DNA of 20,607 nt from a bacterium (GTDB taxonomy: Bacteria > Babelota > Babeliae > Babelales > JAUWHS01). The position numbers and the translations under genes are program-made. The number at the start of each line of letters is the position of its first letter. Position 1 is the stretch's first letter. Under the pieces are notes generated by a model, which worked only from the letters and a program-made list of their open reading frames with translations, made no database searches and was not told where the DNA came from. The stretch lies in the NCBI GenBank assembly GCA_043818275.1, contig JBDRFY010000022.1, forward strand, positions 1-20,607, written 5' to 3'. Positions 1 through 9,186 of this stretch are shown in pieces.

Positions 1-43
1 GCTTGCCAAAATCATGACTATTTTCTTTAAACTCTATTCTCAT
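1..43 (-). CDS. Possible 5' end of a gene leaving the window (MRIEFKENSHDFGK...)
   Basis: On the minus strand, AAGGAGAAGGA lies just upstream of an ATG at 43 and the frame is open to the edge. Only 14 codons are visible. Confidence 0.3.
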   Translation of the reverse strand, partial: MRIEFKENSHDFGK

Positions 44-111
44 TTTTCCTTCTCCTTTGTAAAAATTTTTCTCTTTTCTTTTTTACAAAAGTTTTTTGTT
101 TAAATCAAGCG

Positions 112-1296
112 TTGGCGGCATTTTTGTTCAGAATGGTATTACTTGTTGTTTCTGGCGCTGATGTTAATAAGGTAGATCAGGATGGATATACTCCATTAAT
201 TAGAGCAATTAATAATGATAATTTAAACCTGGTGACTTTTTTGGTTGGAAAGGGCGCTAAAATTAATGTTGTAAAGCAAAAAACACACCTGTTATTTTTA
301 GCCTCTTTTTTGAAGAATTTAGATATTTTTGAATTTTTAATTAAACAACCAGAAGTTGTGAAGATAGAAAATGAATTTGGCGCTCAACCATTAGCTTGGT
401 TTGCGAAAAAGGGTGATTTGGATGTTCTAAAATTATTAATTGAGAATGGTGCGGATGTTAATCATCAGGATAAAAATGATTATACGGCTTTACATATGGC
501 TATTATGGATCAACATGAAAAAACAGCTTTGTTTTTATTGAAAAATGGTGCCAATCCAAATCTAGTTGACGTTAAAGAACAATTTCCAATTCATTTATCT
601 ACCTTGCTAGGTAATTTTGATATAACTAAAAAATTATTACAATATGGGTCTAAGCCTGATGAAAGTGATATAGAAGGCATGACTCCTTTGATGAATGTTA
701 TTATTTCAGGGAATGTTCGGCTGATAAAGGCTTACATTAAATATTTAATTAAAAAAAATAAAACTAAAGCCTTTATAAAAATTAGCATTTATAAAAAGAG
801 ATCAATATTACAATGGCTTTTGAGAAAGCATCCACGAGCGGTTATTAAAAAAAATGAACATCCATATGATTTAGATTCTTTTGATGAAATATTTAAATAT
901 ATTTTAAATTATTGTGGAGAGCATTTAGATTTTTTTCATCGGGATAGTTATGGCTGTACGATTGCTCATTGGTTGGCTAAAGTTGGTGCGTATAAAAGTT
1001 TTCATTTTTTTTATAAAGAAAATTATAAAAACATCAACTACATAAACCGATTGTTAACGGAAAAATCTGAAGGTAAAGATAAAATGTCTGCTCTTGAATT
1101 TGTTGATCAGGTATTGAGCGAAAAATATTTAAAAATAGATGAAGAATTTAAAAATGATTTAAAGTTAACCAAAGATGTTATAAATGATTGGCTAGACTTT
1201 TATTCAAGATCTAAAGAATTAGACAAAATACAAAAACGACAAATGCCACTTAATAGCGATTTTCACTATCATCCCAAAAAAAGAAAAAAAGGATAA
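112..1296 (+). CDS. Ankyrin-repeat protein with a unique C-terminal region and a basic tail
   Basis: Repeated ankyrin motifs: GADVNKVDQDGYTPLIRA, GAQPLAWFAKKG, GADVNHQDKNDYTALHMA, GANPN...PIHLS, GMTPLMNV, GCTIAHWLA. The start is uncertain (TTG 112 or ATG 133) and the ORF begins mid-repeat. Confidence 0.9.
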   Translation: MAAFLFRMVLLVVSGADVNKVDQDGYTPLIRAINNDNLNLVTFLVGKGAKINVVKQKTHLLFLASFLKNLDIFEFLIKQPEVVKIENEFGAQPLAWFAKKGDLDVLKLLIENGADVNHQDKNDYTALHMAIMDQHEKTALFLLKNGANPNLVDVKEQFPIHLSTLLGNFDITKKLLQYGSKPDESDIEGMTPLMNVIISGNVRLIKAYIKYLIKKNKTKAFIKISIYKKRSILQWLLRKHPRAVIKKNEHPYDLDSFDEIFKYILNYCGEHLDFFHRDSYGCTIAHWLAKVGAYKSFHFFYKENYKNINYINRLLTEKSEGKDKMSALEFVDQVLSEKYLKIDEEFKNDLKLTKDVINDWLDFYSRSKELDKIQKRQMPLNSDFHYHPKKRKKG

Positions 1297-1324
1297 TTTT
1301 TTAAAGACCATAACCCTATTTTTG

Positions 1325-1352
1325 CCGGCACATAAATTGTGCCGGTTTTTTT
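1325..1352 (+). terminator. Rho-independent terminator of the ankyrin gene
   Basis: CCGGCACA-taaat-TGTGCCGG stem followed by T7, about 30 nt after the stop codon. Confidence 0.8.
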
Positions 1353-1417
1353 ATCCAAAACTCTTTTCTTGCCAAAAATTGACCAATTTTGAATTATGAG
1401 GCATCATTTCAGGGTAT

Positions 1418-1462
1418 TCCTTCGATACGAAATTCTAAAAGAATTTCTACTCAGGATGAGCG
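1418..1462 (+). repeat. Small repeat family A, intergenic copy upstream of pheT
   Basis: TCCTTCGA-tacGAAATTCTaaaAGAATTTCta-CTCAGGATGAGCG. It shares the TTCGA...CTCAG arms with copies at 1778 and 2824 and has an internal hairpin. Confidence 0.7.
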
Positions 1463-1495
1463 TAACAATGTTTAACTTCTTGAAATGGGTGCATT

Positions 1496-3907
1496 ATGAA
1501 ACTTTCATTATCTTGGATTTTTGATCATATTGATGCCGATTGGCAAAAACAAAATGTAGAAGAAATTGTGAAAAGATTTAATCAGGTTACAGCTGAAATT
1601 GAAGATTTTTATTCGGTTGAATTTGATTTGAGAAATTTTGCATTGGGCAGTGTTACAAGTTTTGATAAAAACAGTTTTACCATTTCTATTCCTGAATGGA
1701 AAAAAGAGGTTAAACTTCCGACTCAGAATATTTCAAGTTATTGTTTGCCGGAACAAAAAAAATTGTTTTTTATAATGACCCTTCGACAAGCTCAGGGCGA
1801 GCTGGGGAATGATAAAATTGGATTTGCAACGTTACAAGATTTTGGCGTTGAAAAAGAAGGATTTTTACCGCCAGTATCAGCCACCGATAAAGATCTTGAT
1901 GGTTCTTGGAAAAATCGTTTTGAGGCCAAAGATATAATTTTAGATATTGACAATAAATCAATTACACATCGTCCTGATATGTGGGGACATCGAGGATTTG
2001 CAAGAGAAATTGCAGCATTTATGAAACTGCCTTTTTTGCCGGAAGATAAATTTTTAAATGAAAAAGAAGTAGAAAATTTTACTAAAAAAACAGATTCGAC
2101 AGATCAAAATCCAATTTCGATCGAAATAGACGCGCCAAAAGCATGCCACAGGTTTTCTGGTATTTATTTTGATTTAATCGAAAATAAACCAACAGATATT
2201 TTTATTTTAAGCCGCTTATTAAAAATTGGTATGCGGCCAATTAATGCGATTGTGGATATAACAAATTATTTGATGTTTGACTGGACACAACCAACTCATG
2301 CTTACGATGCATCCAAAATTCTTGGTGGTACAATTATTGCTCGCATGGCGCGCAAAAATGAAAAATTAACATTACTTGATGAAAGTGTTTTAAAACTTTC
2401 AGATAAAGATTTAGTTATCGCAGACACAGAAAAACCTTTATGTCTTGCCGGAGTTATGGGTGGAAAAGATGATTCAGTAGTGTCGACAACAACTAAATTA
2501 TTTCTTGAATCAGCAAATTTTGATCCGGTTTTTGTCCGCAGAACTGCTATGCGACATGGAGTAAGAACAGAAAGTTCTTCAAGATTTGAAAAAACTCTGG
2601 ATCCTGATCAGACAACATCAGCAATCAAACGTTTTTTAAATTTACTGGATAAATTTAATTTAAAATATAATTGCGCGGATAAAATTGTAAGCACAGGGCA
2701 TAGAGCTGAAGTTTTAACTCTTGAAGTTGAACATAGTTTTTTAGAAAAACGTGCTGGTTTTAGTCTAACCAAAGAACAAGTTATTGAACCTTTAACTCGT
2801 CTTTGTTTTACCATTCAATTGTCCGGTCATACTGAGCGAGCGAATGCGAGTCGAATGTACAAAATAACTGTACCGACATTTAGATCTTCAAAGGATATAG
2901 AAATTAAAGAAGACATTCTGGAAGAAGTTGTTCGTTTTTATGGCTTTGATAATGTAGAAATTAAATTACCGGCATTCGTAAGACAGGCTTATGATTTAAC
3001 AGAAATTATGCGAACCAGAAAAGTGAAACATTTTTTTGTTAATGAAGCTAAAATGACAGAACAACGTAATTATGTTTATTGTGACGAACAGTTTTTAAAT
3101 CAAATAGGGGTTGAATTAGGTTCTGAGTTTTGGGAAGTAATTAATCCAGTTTCAGAGAATAACAGACGTTTAGTTACCTCTTTAATTCCTAACTTACTCA
3201 AAAATATCAATGAAAATGTTGCTGATAGTGATTCTTTATACTTCTTTGAAGTAGCCAGAATCTGGAAACCAGATGCGATCAATGAAAGAGGTGAGAGTAA
3301 AAGATTGGCGGGAATTTTTTTTGAAAAAAGAAAAACAGTAGATTTTTATGAATGCAAAAGTCATGTTGTTGGAATGCTGAGAACAATTGGAGTTTTGCAT
3401 GAACAAATAAGTTTTTTAAAAATTGATAATCCTGAAGAGCCTTGGTTTATGCCATATCAGACTGCTAAAGTTTTAATTGATGGAGAAATTATAGGTGTTT
3501 TAGGTAAGACTGATCCAATTTTTTTAAGCAAGCTAGATGTTTTACCGGAAAGTGACGCGTGTATTTTTGATCTTGATTATAATTTCCTGCTAAATTTTGA
3601 GCCTAAAGTTAAGAAATTTATTCCATTGCCAAAATATCAGGAAACTTATATTGATTTTAGTGTTTTGGTTCCTTTGGATTCAACTGTTGAACATTTGCAA
3701 AATTTACTTAGGTTATCTGATTCTTTGGTTAAAAAAGTTGAATTAATTGATTTCTTTGAAAATCCAAAATGGATTGATAAACGTTCGTTGACTTTCAGAG
3801 TTGAAATTTCAGATCCGGAAAAAACTATGGATAAAGATCAGATTGATTCAATTTGGAATAAATGTGTTGAAATTATGAAAAATTCAGGTGCGCAATTAAG
3901 AGAATAA
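1496..3907 (+). CDS. pheT: Phenylalanine--tRNA ligase beta subunit
   Basis: MKLSLSW start, ITHRPD, B3/4 motifs ([37 protein letters not shown]), B5 [14 protein letters not shown], and a C-terminal FDX-ACB domain (KRSLTFRV). Confidence 0.97.
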   Translation: MKLSLSWIFDHIDADWQKQNVEEIVKRFNQVTAEIEDFYSVEFDLRNFALGSVTSFDKNSFTISIPEWKKEVKLPTQNISSYCLPEQKKLFFIMTLRQAQGELGNDKIGFATLQDFGVEKEGFLPPVSATDKDLDGSWKNRFEAKDIILDIDNKSITHRPDMWGHRGFAREIAAFMKLPFLPEDKFLNEKEVENFTKKTDSTDQNPISIEIDAPKACHRFSGIYFDLIENKPTDIFILSRLLKIGMRPINAIVDITNYLMFDWTQPTHAYDASKILGGTIIARMARKNEKLTLLDESVLKLSDKDLVIADTEKPLCLAGVMGGKDDSVVSTTTKLFLESANFDPVFVRRTAMRHGVRTESSSRFEKTLDPDQTTSAIKRFLNLLDKFNLKYNCADKIVSTGHRAEVLTLEVEHSFLEKRAGFSLTKEQVIEPLTRLCFTIQLSGHTERANASRMYKITVPTFRSSKDIEIKEDILEEVVRFYGFDNVEIKLPAFVRQAYDLTEIMRTRKVKHFFVNEAKMTEQRNYVYCDEQFLNQIGVELGSEFWEVINPVSENNRRLVTSLIPNLLKNINENVADSDSLYFFEVARIWKPDAINERGESKRLAGIFFEKRKTVDFYECKSHVVGMLRTIGVLHEQISFLKIDNPEEPWFMPYQTAKVLIDGEIIGVLGKTDPIFLSKLDVLPESDACIFDLDYNFLLNFEPKVKKFIPLPKYQETYIDFSVLVPLDSTVEHLQNLLRLSDSLVKKVELIDFFENPKWIDKRSLTFRVEISDPEKTMDKDQIDSIWNKCVEIMKNSGAQLRE
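1778..1802 (+). repeat. Repeat family A copy in-frame in pheT (encodes TLRQAQGE)
   Basis: ACCCTTCGAcaagCTCAGGGCGAGC, a GC-rich island in AT-rich coding sequence with the same arms as 1418-1462. Confidence 0.7.
2824..2858 (-). repeat. Repeat family A copy in-frame in pheT, reverse orientation (encodes [11 protein letters not shown])
   Basis: Reverse complement reads TACATTCGActcgcattcgctcgCTCAGTATGACCG, matching the TTCGA...CTCAG(G/T)ATGA(G/C)CG arms. Confidence 0.65.
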
Positions 3908-4377
3908 TGAATAAAAAACTTAAAGTAGCATTTTACTTTTTTATTTTTGCCGCATTTTTCTTTTTTGACCGGTTGGTTAAATATCTGGTCATACAAAAAT
4001 TGTTTTTGGACGGAATTAAACTATTTAATTTTTTAAATTTAAATTTGGTTTTAAACCGGGGAGTTAGCTTTGGACTATTTGGCTCAAAAATAAATTTTTG
4101 GTTTATGTCTTTAGCTATATTGATTTTTTTAATAATTTTAGCTCTTTTGGTTTACACAATTAACCGGTTTAAAAATAATAAAAATATATTTTTTGAAGTT
4201 ATGGTATTGGCCGGAGCAATGTCAAATTTACTTGACCGGTTTATTTATAATGGTGTTATTGATTTTATAGATTTTCATATTTCAACATATCATTGGCCGA
4301 CTTTTAACTTTGCGGATATTTTTGTTTTTATTGGCATAACAGGAATGTTTTTAATGAATTTAAATAGAGATAATTAA
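3907..4377 (+). CDS. lspA: Lipoprotein signal peptidase II
   Basis: NRGVSFG, GAMSNLLDR, VIDFID and WPTFNFAD motifs. TAATG overlap with the pheT stop. Confidence 0.95.
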   Translation: MNKKLKVAFYFFIFAAFFFFDRLVKYLVIQKLFLDGIKLFNFLNLNLVLNRGVSFGLFGSKINFWFMSLAILIFLIILALLVYTINRFKNNKNIFFEVMVLAGAMSNLLDRFIYNGVIDFIDFHISTYHWPTFNFADIFVFIGITGMFLMNLNRDN

Positions 4378-4390
4378 AAGGATTTTTATT

Positions 4391-4867
4391 ATGAATCTGA
4401 ATAAATTTTGTTTTGAAATAGCAACGTTTCATGGTCTTGGAAAAAGTTGGCTGGGCCGTATTCTTGCCCCCGTATTTGCTTTTCCTATTCTTTTTTTATT
4501 TAGATTTTTGTTTGATATAAATCCAAATTTTTTCTATTGGTTTTTAATAGCAGTTTTAGTGATTATTTTTTCTGCGGTCACAATTGCTTTAAGATCAGGG
4601 ATTGAAAATGTTAAATCCAAAATTGTTTTGGATGAGATTGTAGGCTTGATGATTGCTTTTCTTATGATTCCGTTTCGTTTTAAATTGATGATTTTTGGTT
4701 ATATCTTATTCTTTATAATTAATTTTTTACGTTATCCATTATTTAAAAGTTATCTTGGTTCAAAACTGGATAATCTTCCAGGAGCCTTGGGCGTTTTTTC
4801 CGGTAGTATTCTTTCTGGCTTTTTAACCAATCTTTTTATGCAACTTGTTCTTTGGGTTGTTTATTAA
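4391..4867 (+). CDS. Phosphatidylglycerophosphatase A-like membrane protein (degenerate)
   Basis: IATFHGLG N-terminus, IVLDEIVG motif and LPGALGV segment. Size and hydrophobicity fit PgpA, but the C-terminal acidic motifs are absent. Confidence 0.7.
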   Translation: MNLNKFCFEIATFHGLGKSWLGRILAPVFAFPILFLFRFLFDINPNFFYWFLIAVLVIIFSAVTIALRSGIENVKSKIVLDEIVGLMIAFLMIPFRFKLMIFGYILFFIINFLRYPLFKSYLGSKLDNLPGALGVFSGSILSGFLTNLFMQLVLWVVY

Positions 4868-4870
4868 AAA

Positions 4871-5506
4871 ATGAGTCTTTTGCAACTTGTATTTCCTACG
4901 TTTTGTTCTGAATGCAAAATTTTAATAAATAAAGATGAAGTTTTTTGTGCTAATTGTTTGCAAAAAATAAAACCGGTTGTATCTAAATTTTTTCCGATAA
5001 ATTCAAAATATAAATTAAAGGTTTTTGCGGTTTGCAGATATGAAAATCCTTTAAAAAATTTAATTTTAAAAAAATCATTTAGTCAAAGCTGGGCGAGTGT
5101 AAAACTTGCACAACTTATTTTAAACAGATTTGATTTAAATTCATTTGAGATTGATTATTTTATTCCAGTTCCTTTGCATTGGACTCGTTTTGCTAAACGT
5201 GGGTTTAATCAGGCTGAGGTGTTGGCTAAAACGTTGGGTAAAAATTTAAATAAACCGGTCTTGAATTTATTAAAAAGAAAAAAGCGTACACCATTTCAGT
5301 CCAGTTTGCCTATTGCCATGCGTGCGGAAAATGTAAAAGATGCCTTTTATATAAGGCAAATAATGGATTTAGAATTTTTAAAAGACAAAAACATTTTTTT
5401 AATTGACGATCTTTGCACTACTGGAGCAACTCTGCAAAATGCGGCAAAAATATTGGTGAAATATAATCCCCAATCTATAAACGCAATTGTTGCATGCAGA
5501 TTTTAG
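4871..5506 (+). CDS. comF: ComF family protein (zinc ribbon plus phosphoribosyltransferase fold)
   Basis: CSEC...CANC, IPVPLH...RGFNQA, and the PRPP-binding loop LIDDLCTTGATL. Confidence 0.9.
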   Translation: MSLLQLVFPTFCSECKILINKDEVFCANCLQKIKPVVSKFFPINSKYKLKVFAVCRYENPLKNLILKKSFSQSWASVKLAQLILNRFDLNSFEIDYFIPVPLHWTRFAKRGFNQAEVLAKTLGKNLNKPVLNLLKRKKRTPFQSSLPIAMRAENVKDAFYIRQIMDLEFLKDKNIFLIDDLCTTGATLQNAAKILVKYNPQSINAIVACRF

Positions 5507-5509
5507 TTT

Positions 5510-6070
5510 TTATAAATAAATTTCGGTTTCAACTTTTCCGTTCATAAAAATTTCATTTTCTTTGATTTTTGCAAAACTCGAATTGCAGATAAATTTGAAT
5601 TTTGGATGATTAAGAATAGTTTTTTCATTTGTTTGCATTGTATGTTTTTCAAAATCATACCTGATATTTTTTCCCTGAAAATTAAGATCATTTATGTTTC
5701 CGAATACATCTCCCTGCAAAAAAGCTTCTTTTTTATCTTGATCAACAAGTCCTTTATTAGCATTTAATATGGCAATGAGTTTGTTGTTTTTATTATAAGA
5801 ACATTTCAAATGTTTGCATTCCACATTTTTGGTTGAATAAAAGATTTTGCCTTCCTGGGCAATTAAAGACCAATTTTCCTGAGTGCTTTTTTTGATTTGT
5901 TGGAGTTTGAAGTTTTTCAGTATAGCTTCGGGTAATTTTACATTTTTTATTTCTTTTGAAACAACAGGAATAGAAGAAGGATATGTTTTTTTTCTTAATG
6001 ATTTATACAAAGTAAGTGTTGATATTAAAAAAATTATTATTAAAAGCCTTGGAATTATTTTTCTTAACAT
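5510..6070 (-). CDS. lptC: LPS export periplasmic protein, LptC-like
   Basis: Single N-terminal membrane anchor, beta-rich body (W..A..G, LQGDV, NGKVET) and position directly downstream of kdsC. Confidence 0.7.
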   Translation of the reverse strand: MLRKIIPRLLIIIFLISTLTLYKSLRKKTYPSSIPVVSKEIKNVKLPEAILKNFKLQQIKKSTQENWSLIAQEGKIFYSTKNVECKHLKCSYNKNNKLIAILNANKGLVDQDKKEAFLQGDVFGNINDLNFQGKNIRYDFEKHTMQTNEKTILNHPKFKFICNSSFAKIKENEIFMNGKVETEIYL

Positions 6071-6076
6071 ATCAAA

Positions 6077-6655
6077 TTATTTGATTGTCTTATTTATAAA
6101 AAGAGAGGCAAAATGTTTTTCCTGAATAAATAAAATTAAATCCAGCAATAATCTGAATGCGCCAAATCCGCCTTGTTTTGGAATAATTAAATCTGCCTGA
6201 CTTGCTACATAAAAAAGAGAATTTTGTGGGCTTGCAAAAATTCCAACTTCATCTTTGCATTCAATATCCAAAAAATCATCGCCAAAAAGGATTGTTTGCT
6301 CTTTGGATATATTTTTATTTTTTTGTATTTGTTTAATAATTTCTTTTTTGCCATCACAAAAACCTTCAAAGTATAAATCATCAGGAATTCCAAGTTGCTT
6401 TGCCCGGTATTTGACTGAATTATCTTTTCTGCCGGTTAGAAATGATATTAACAGATCGGACTTTAATGCTTTTGTGGTCGCAAATCCATCTTGTACGCTA
6501 AAACCTTTTATGCGGTCGCCATTTTCTGTAATAAATAATTGTCCGTTAGTTAAACATCCATCAACATCGGTAACAATTAATTTTATTTTTTTTAATTTTT
6601 CAACAAGAATATTATCTTGCAAGCAACTTTTAAACCAATTTAAATCAGTGTTCAT
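6077..6655 (-). CDS. kdsC: KDO 8-phosphate phosphatase (HAD superfamily, KdsC/YrbI)
   Basis: DVDGCLTNG, FSVQDG, LTGR, FGDDFLD and GGFGAFR motifs. Confidence 0.88.
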   Translation of the reverse strand: MNTDLNWFKSCLQDNILVEKLKKIKLIVTDVDGCLTNGQLFITENGDRIKGFSVQDGFATTKALKSDLLISFLTGRKDNSVKYRAKQLGIPDDLYFEGFCDGKKEIIKQIQKNKNISKEQTILFGDDFLDIECKDEVGIFASPQNSLFYVASQADLIIPKQGGFGAFRLLLDLILFIQEKHFASLFINKTIK

Positions 6656-6674
6656 TTTTATGTCTTTCCCGTTT

Positions 6675-7358
6675 TTAAATTATTTTTTTAATTGCATCAA
6701 TTGCTTCATCATAATCATTAATTATATAATCGGCCAGTTTTAGATCTTTTTTAAATGCTTCATTATTTATACCTATGCATTTAATACCGGCAGATTTAGC
6801 CGCCTCAAATCCGGCACCACTATCTTCAAAAATTATACATTCATCTGGTCTGACCAATAATTTTTCTGCCGCAAATAAAAACAAGGATGGGTCTGGTTTG
6901 CGTTTTGCGTTTACATGATCGGCGCTGTATATGTGCGGACCAAAAAATCGCTCTAAATTCATTTTCGTTGAAATTTGGGTTAAAACTCCAATGTCAGAAT
7001 TTGTGGCAATGCTTGTTGGAATTGAATTTATTTGCAGAATTTTATGAAAATTTTCAAATCCTTTTATAAATTTAAGATCATTTATGTGTTTGAAATATTC
7101 CAGGGCAAGAAATTCTTTTTTTTGCATCAATTCTTCAACGGTACTTTTTATTTTGAATTCCTTTTTTATTTTTTCAGTAACTTCCCGTAAATTTGCGGAA
7201 AAACTATTTTTTATGAGTGATAAATTTTGTTGGTTTAATTCAACTCCTTCAGCTTTTACCACATCAATTATTGCTTTTCTCCAAACATGCTCGCTGTCAA
7301 CAACTGTTCCATCCATGTCAAAAATAATTGCTTTAATTTTATTTTTAATGTGATTCAT
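6675..7358 (-). CDS. HAD-family hydrolase (beta-PGM/CbbY-like)
   Basis: FDMDGT, ATNS, KPDP and FEDS..G..AA motifs. Start moved from 7427 to ATG 7358, which has a GGGGGG RBS. Confidence 0.9.
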   Translation of the reverse strand: MNHIKNKIKAIIFDMDGTVVDSEHVWRKAIIDVVKAEGVELNQQNLSLIKNSFSANLREVTEKIKKEFKIKSTVEELMQKKEFLALEYFKHINDLKFIKGFENFHKILQINSIPTSIATNSDIGVLTQISTKMNLERFFGPHIYSADHVNAKRKPDPSLFLFAAEKLLVRPDECIIFEDSGAGFEAAKSAGIKCIGINNEAFKKDLKLADYIINDYDEAIDAIKKII

Positions 7359-7542
7359 AATTCCCCCCTGAAATAAATGTTTTGTTTTGAACATTAGATG
7401 GGCTAGTCTGTTTTTTTGTTTTTGCATAAATTTTAGTGATTCTTTTTTGTTTTTTTGACATACTTTATTTTTTATCCCCAGAAACTAAAATAGAGGACAT
7501 TGGTAAGTATTACAAGTTACCGTTAAATTTGGGAGTAAGAGA

Positions 7543-8211
7543 TTGAAAAAGATGAGCTTTCTGGTTTTGCCTTTATTATTTCTTTCATTTTTTAAAATAA
7601 GTTTCGCCGCTGGTAGTTTCAAATTCTTTTTTACAGGCATAAATTTTTTAACTCCATTGTTTGGTTTTTTATTACAAAGTCCAATTGGAACTATATTTTT
7701 TCCGGTTATCTGGTTTTTTAAAATGTCTAAATGTATAACTTTTGGAGTTCCTACAATTTTATCTGCTTTATGTTGGGCTTATTACAATTCCGAGAGCTTG
7801 TCCGGAAAAACGGCAGATTTTATTTTAAGGTTTTTGATACCTTTGATATCAATTATGATTTTTGTTTTTAATACAAGTGATAGCTTTGATTTTTTATATT
7901 CATTTTATTGGTTTATACCTGTTTTAATTTATTTGTTTCAAAAAACAGGCAAATTAAATTCAATTTTTTATTTTGCGTTGAGTGTTAGTTTTGTCGCGCA
8001 CGCTACAGGTTCAATTATTTGGTTTTATGCAATTCCGATGGTTGCGGGTCAATGGTTAGGTTTAATTCCGGTGGTTTTTTTTGAACGATTTATTGTTGCT
8101 GTTGGCACAGCTCTTACCTACCTTTTTATTAAAGATTTGAATTTCTACTTTAACTTTTTAAGTTTTAAAAAAATAGGATTGTTGAAAGATAGAATTTTTT
8201 CTGTAAGATGA
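7543..8211 (+). CDS. Polytopic membrane protein of unknown function
   Basis: About 6 hydrophobic segments, a GGGAG RBS before the TTG/ATG start, and distinctive YWFIP, FVAHATGS and W.GLIP...ERF segments. Confidence 0.75.
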   Translation: MKKMSFLVLPLLFLSFFKISFAAGSFKFFFTGINFLTPLFGFLLQSPIGTIFFPVIWFFKMSKCITFGVPTILSALCWAYYNSESLSGKTADFILRFLIPLISIMIFVFNTSDSFDFLYSFYWFIPVLIYLFQKTGKLNSIFYFALSVSFVAHATGSIIWFYAIPMVAGQWLGLIPVVFFERFIVAVGTALTYLFIKDLNFYFNFLSFKKIGLLKDRIFSVR

Positions 8212-8258
8212 TTTTGCATGAGAAGTTTGTTACTTATTGAGAAAGAGAGATAAATTTT

Positions 8259-8945
8259 ATGCAACATCTAGCTATAATTCCTGATGGTAATCGCAGATGG
8301 GCTAAACAGCATTTAAAAGAAAGTGTCTGGGGGCATAGAAAAGGGACAGAAACTGTTCAGACCGCAATAGAATTTTGCATAAAAAAAGGAATCAAACATT
8401 TATCTTTCTATACTTTTTCACTGGAAAATTTTAACAGGCCTGAAGCTGAAAAAAACTATTTATTTAATTTATTGGCTGAGAATTTTGGCAATGAACTTCC
8501 AAAACTTATCAAAGAAGGCGTTCGCGTAAGATTCATAGGACAGAGTTCTTTGTTTCCGGAAAAATTAAAACCGGTTATTCAAAAAATAGAAACAGCAACA
8601 AAACATTTGAGCAAACTTAATCTGAATTTACTTTTTTGTTATAGCGGCAGGCAGGAAATTATTGAAGCTGTAAAAAATGTGGCAAAAAAAGTAAAAGATG
8701 GATTTATGAGTTTAGATGATATAAATGAAGATTCTTTTTATCAAAACTTTTGGTCATCAGAAATTCCTGAACCTGATTTAATAATCAGAACAAGCGGAAG
8801 AGCCAGATTAAGTAATTTTTTATTATATCAGGCAGCTTACAGCGAATTTGATTTTCTTGATTGTCATTGGCCGGAAGTAACAGAAAAGCATTTGCAGAAA
8901 TGTTTTGATAAATTTAAATCAACTCAAAGAAATTTTGGGAGATAA
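8259..8945 (+). CDS. uppS: Undecaprenyl diphosphate synthase
   Basis: HLAIIPDGNRRWA, GH..G, YTFSLENFNR, PDLIIRTSG..RLSNFLLYQ and RNFG motifs. Confidence 0.96.
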   Translation: MQHLAIIPDGNRRWAKQHLKESVWGHRKGTETVQTAIEFCIKKGIKHLSFYTFSLENFNRPEAEKNYLFNLLAENFGNELPKLIKEGVRVRFIGQSSLFPEKLKPVIQKIETATKHLSKLNLNLLFCYSGRQEIIEAVKNVAKKVKDGFMSLDDINEDSFYQNFWSSEIPEPDLIIRTSGRARLSNFLLYQAAYSEFDFLDCHWPEVTEKHLQKCFDKFKSTQRNFGR

Positions 8946-8950
8946 GCAGA

Positions 8951-9172
8951 ATGGATCCTAATTTAATTAAGAAAGAATATACCGTTGTAATAGAAAAAGA
9001 GGCTGATGGTAACTTAATAGCATCGGTTGTTGAGCTTCCAGGTTGTCATACTCAGGCAAAGGATATGAATGAACTTTTTTTAAATATAAAAGAAGTAATA
9101 GAATTATATTTAGAAGTCGAAAAACCTGAAACGCTGTTGGAATTTGTTGGATTGCAACGAGTTGCGGTATGA
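8951..9172 (+). CDS. hicB: HicB-like antitoxin (partial RNase H fold only, no hicA adjacent)
   Basis: YTVVIEKE.DG...ASV.ELPGCHTQA.....L..NIKEVIELYLE signature. Confidence 0.85.
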   Translation: MDPNLIKKEYTVVIEKEADGNLIASVVELPGCHTQAKDMNELFLNIKEVIELYLEVEKPETLLEFVGLQRVAV

Positions 9173-9186
9173 GTGATTTTGATTGT

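Noticed and set aside
7359..7427. N-terminal extension of the HAD hydrolase
   Set aside because: ATG 7358 has the RBS and places the DxD motif near the N-terminus, as is typical.
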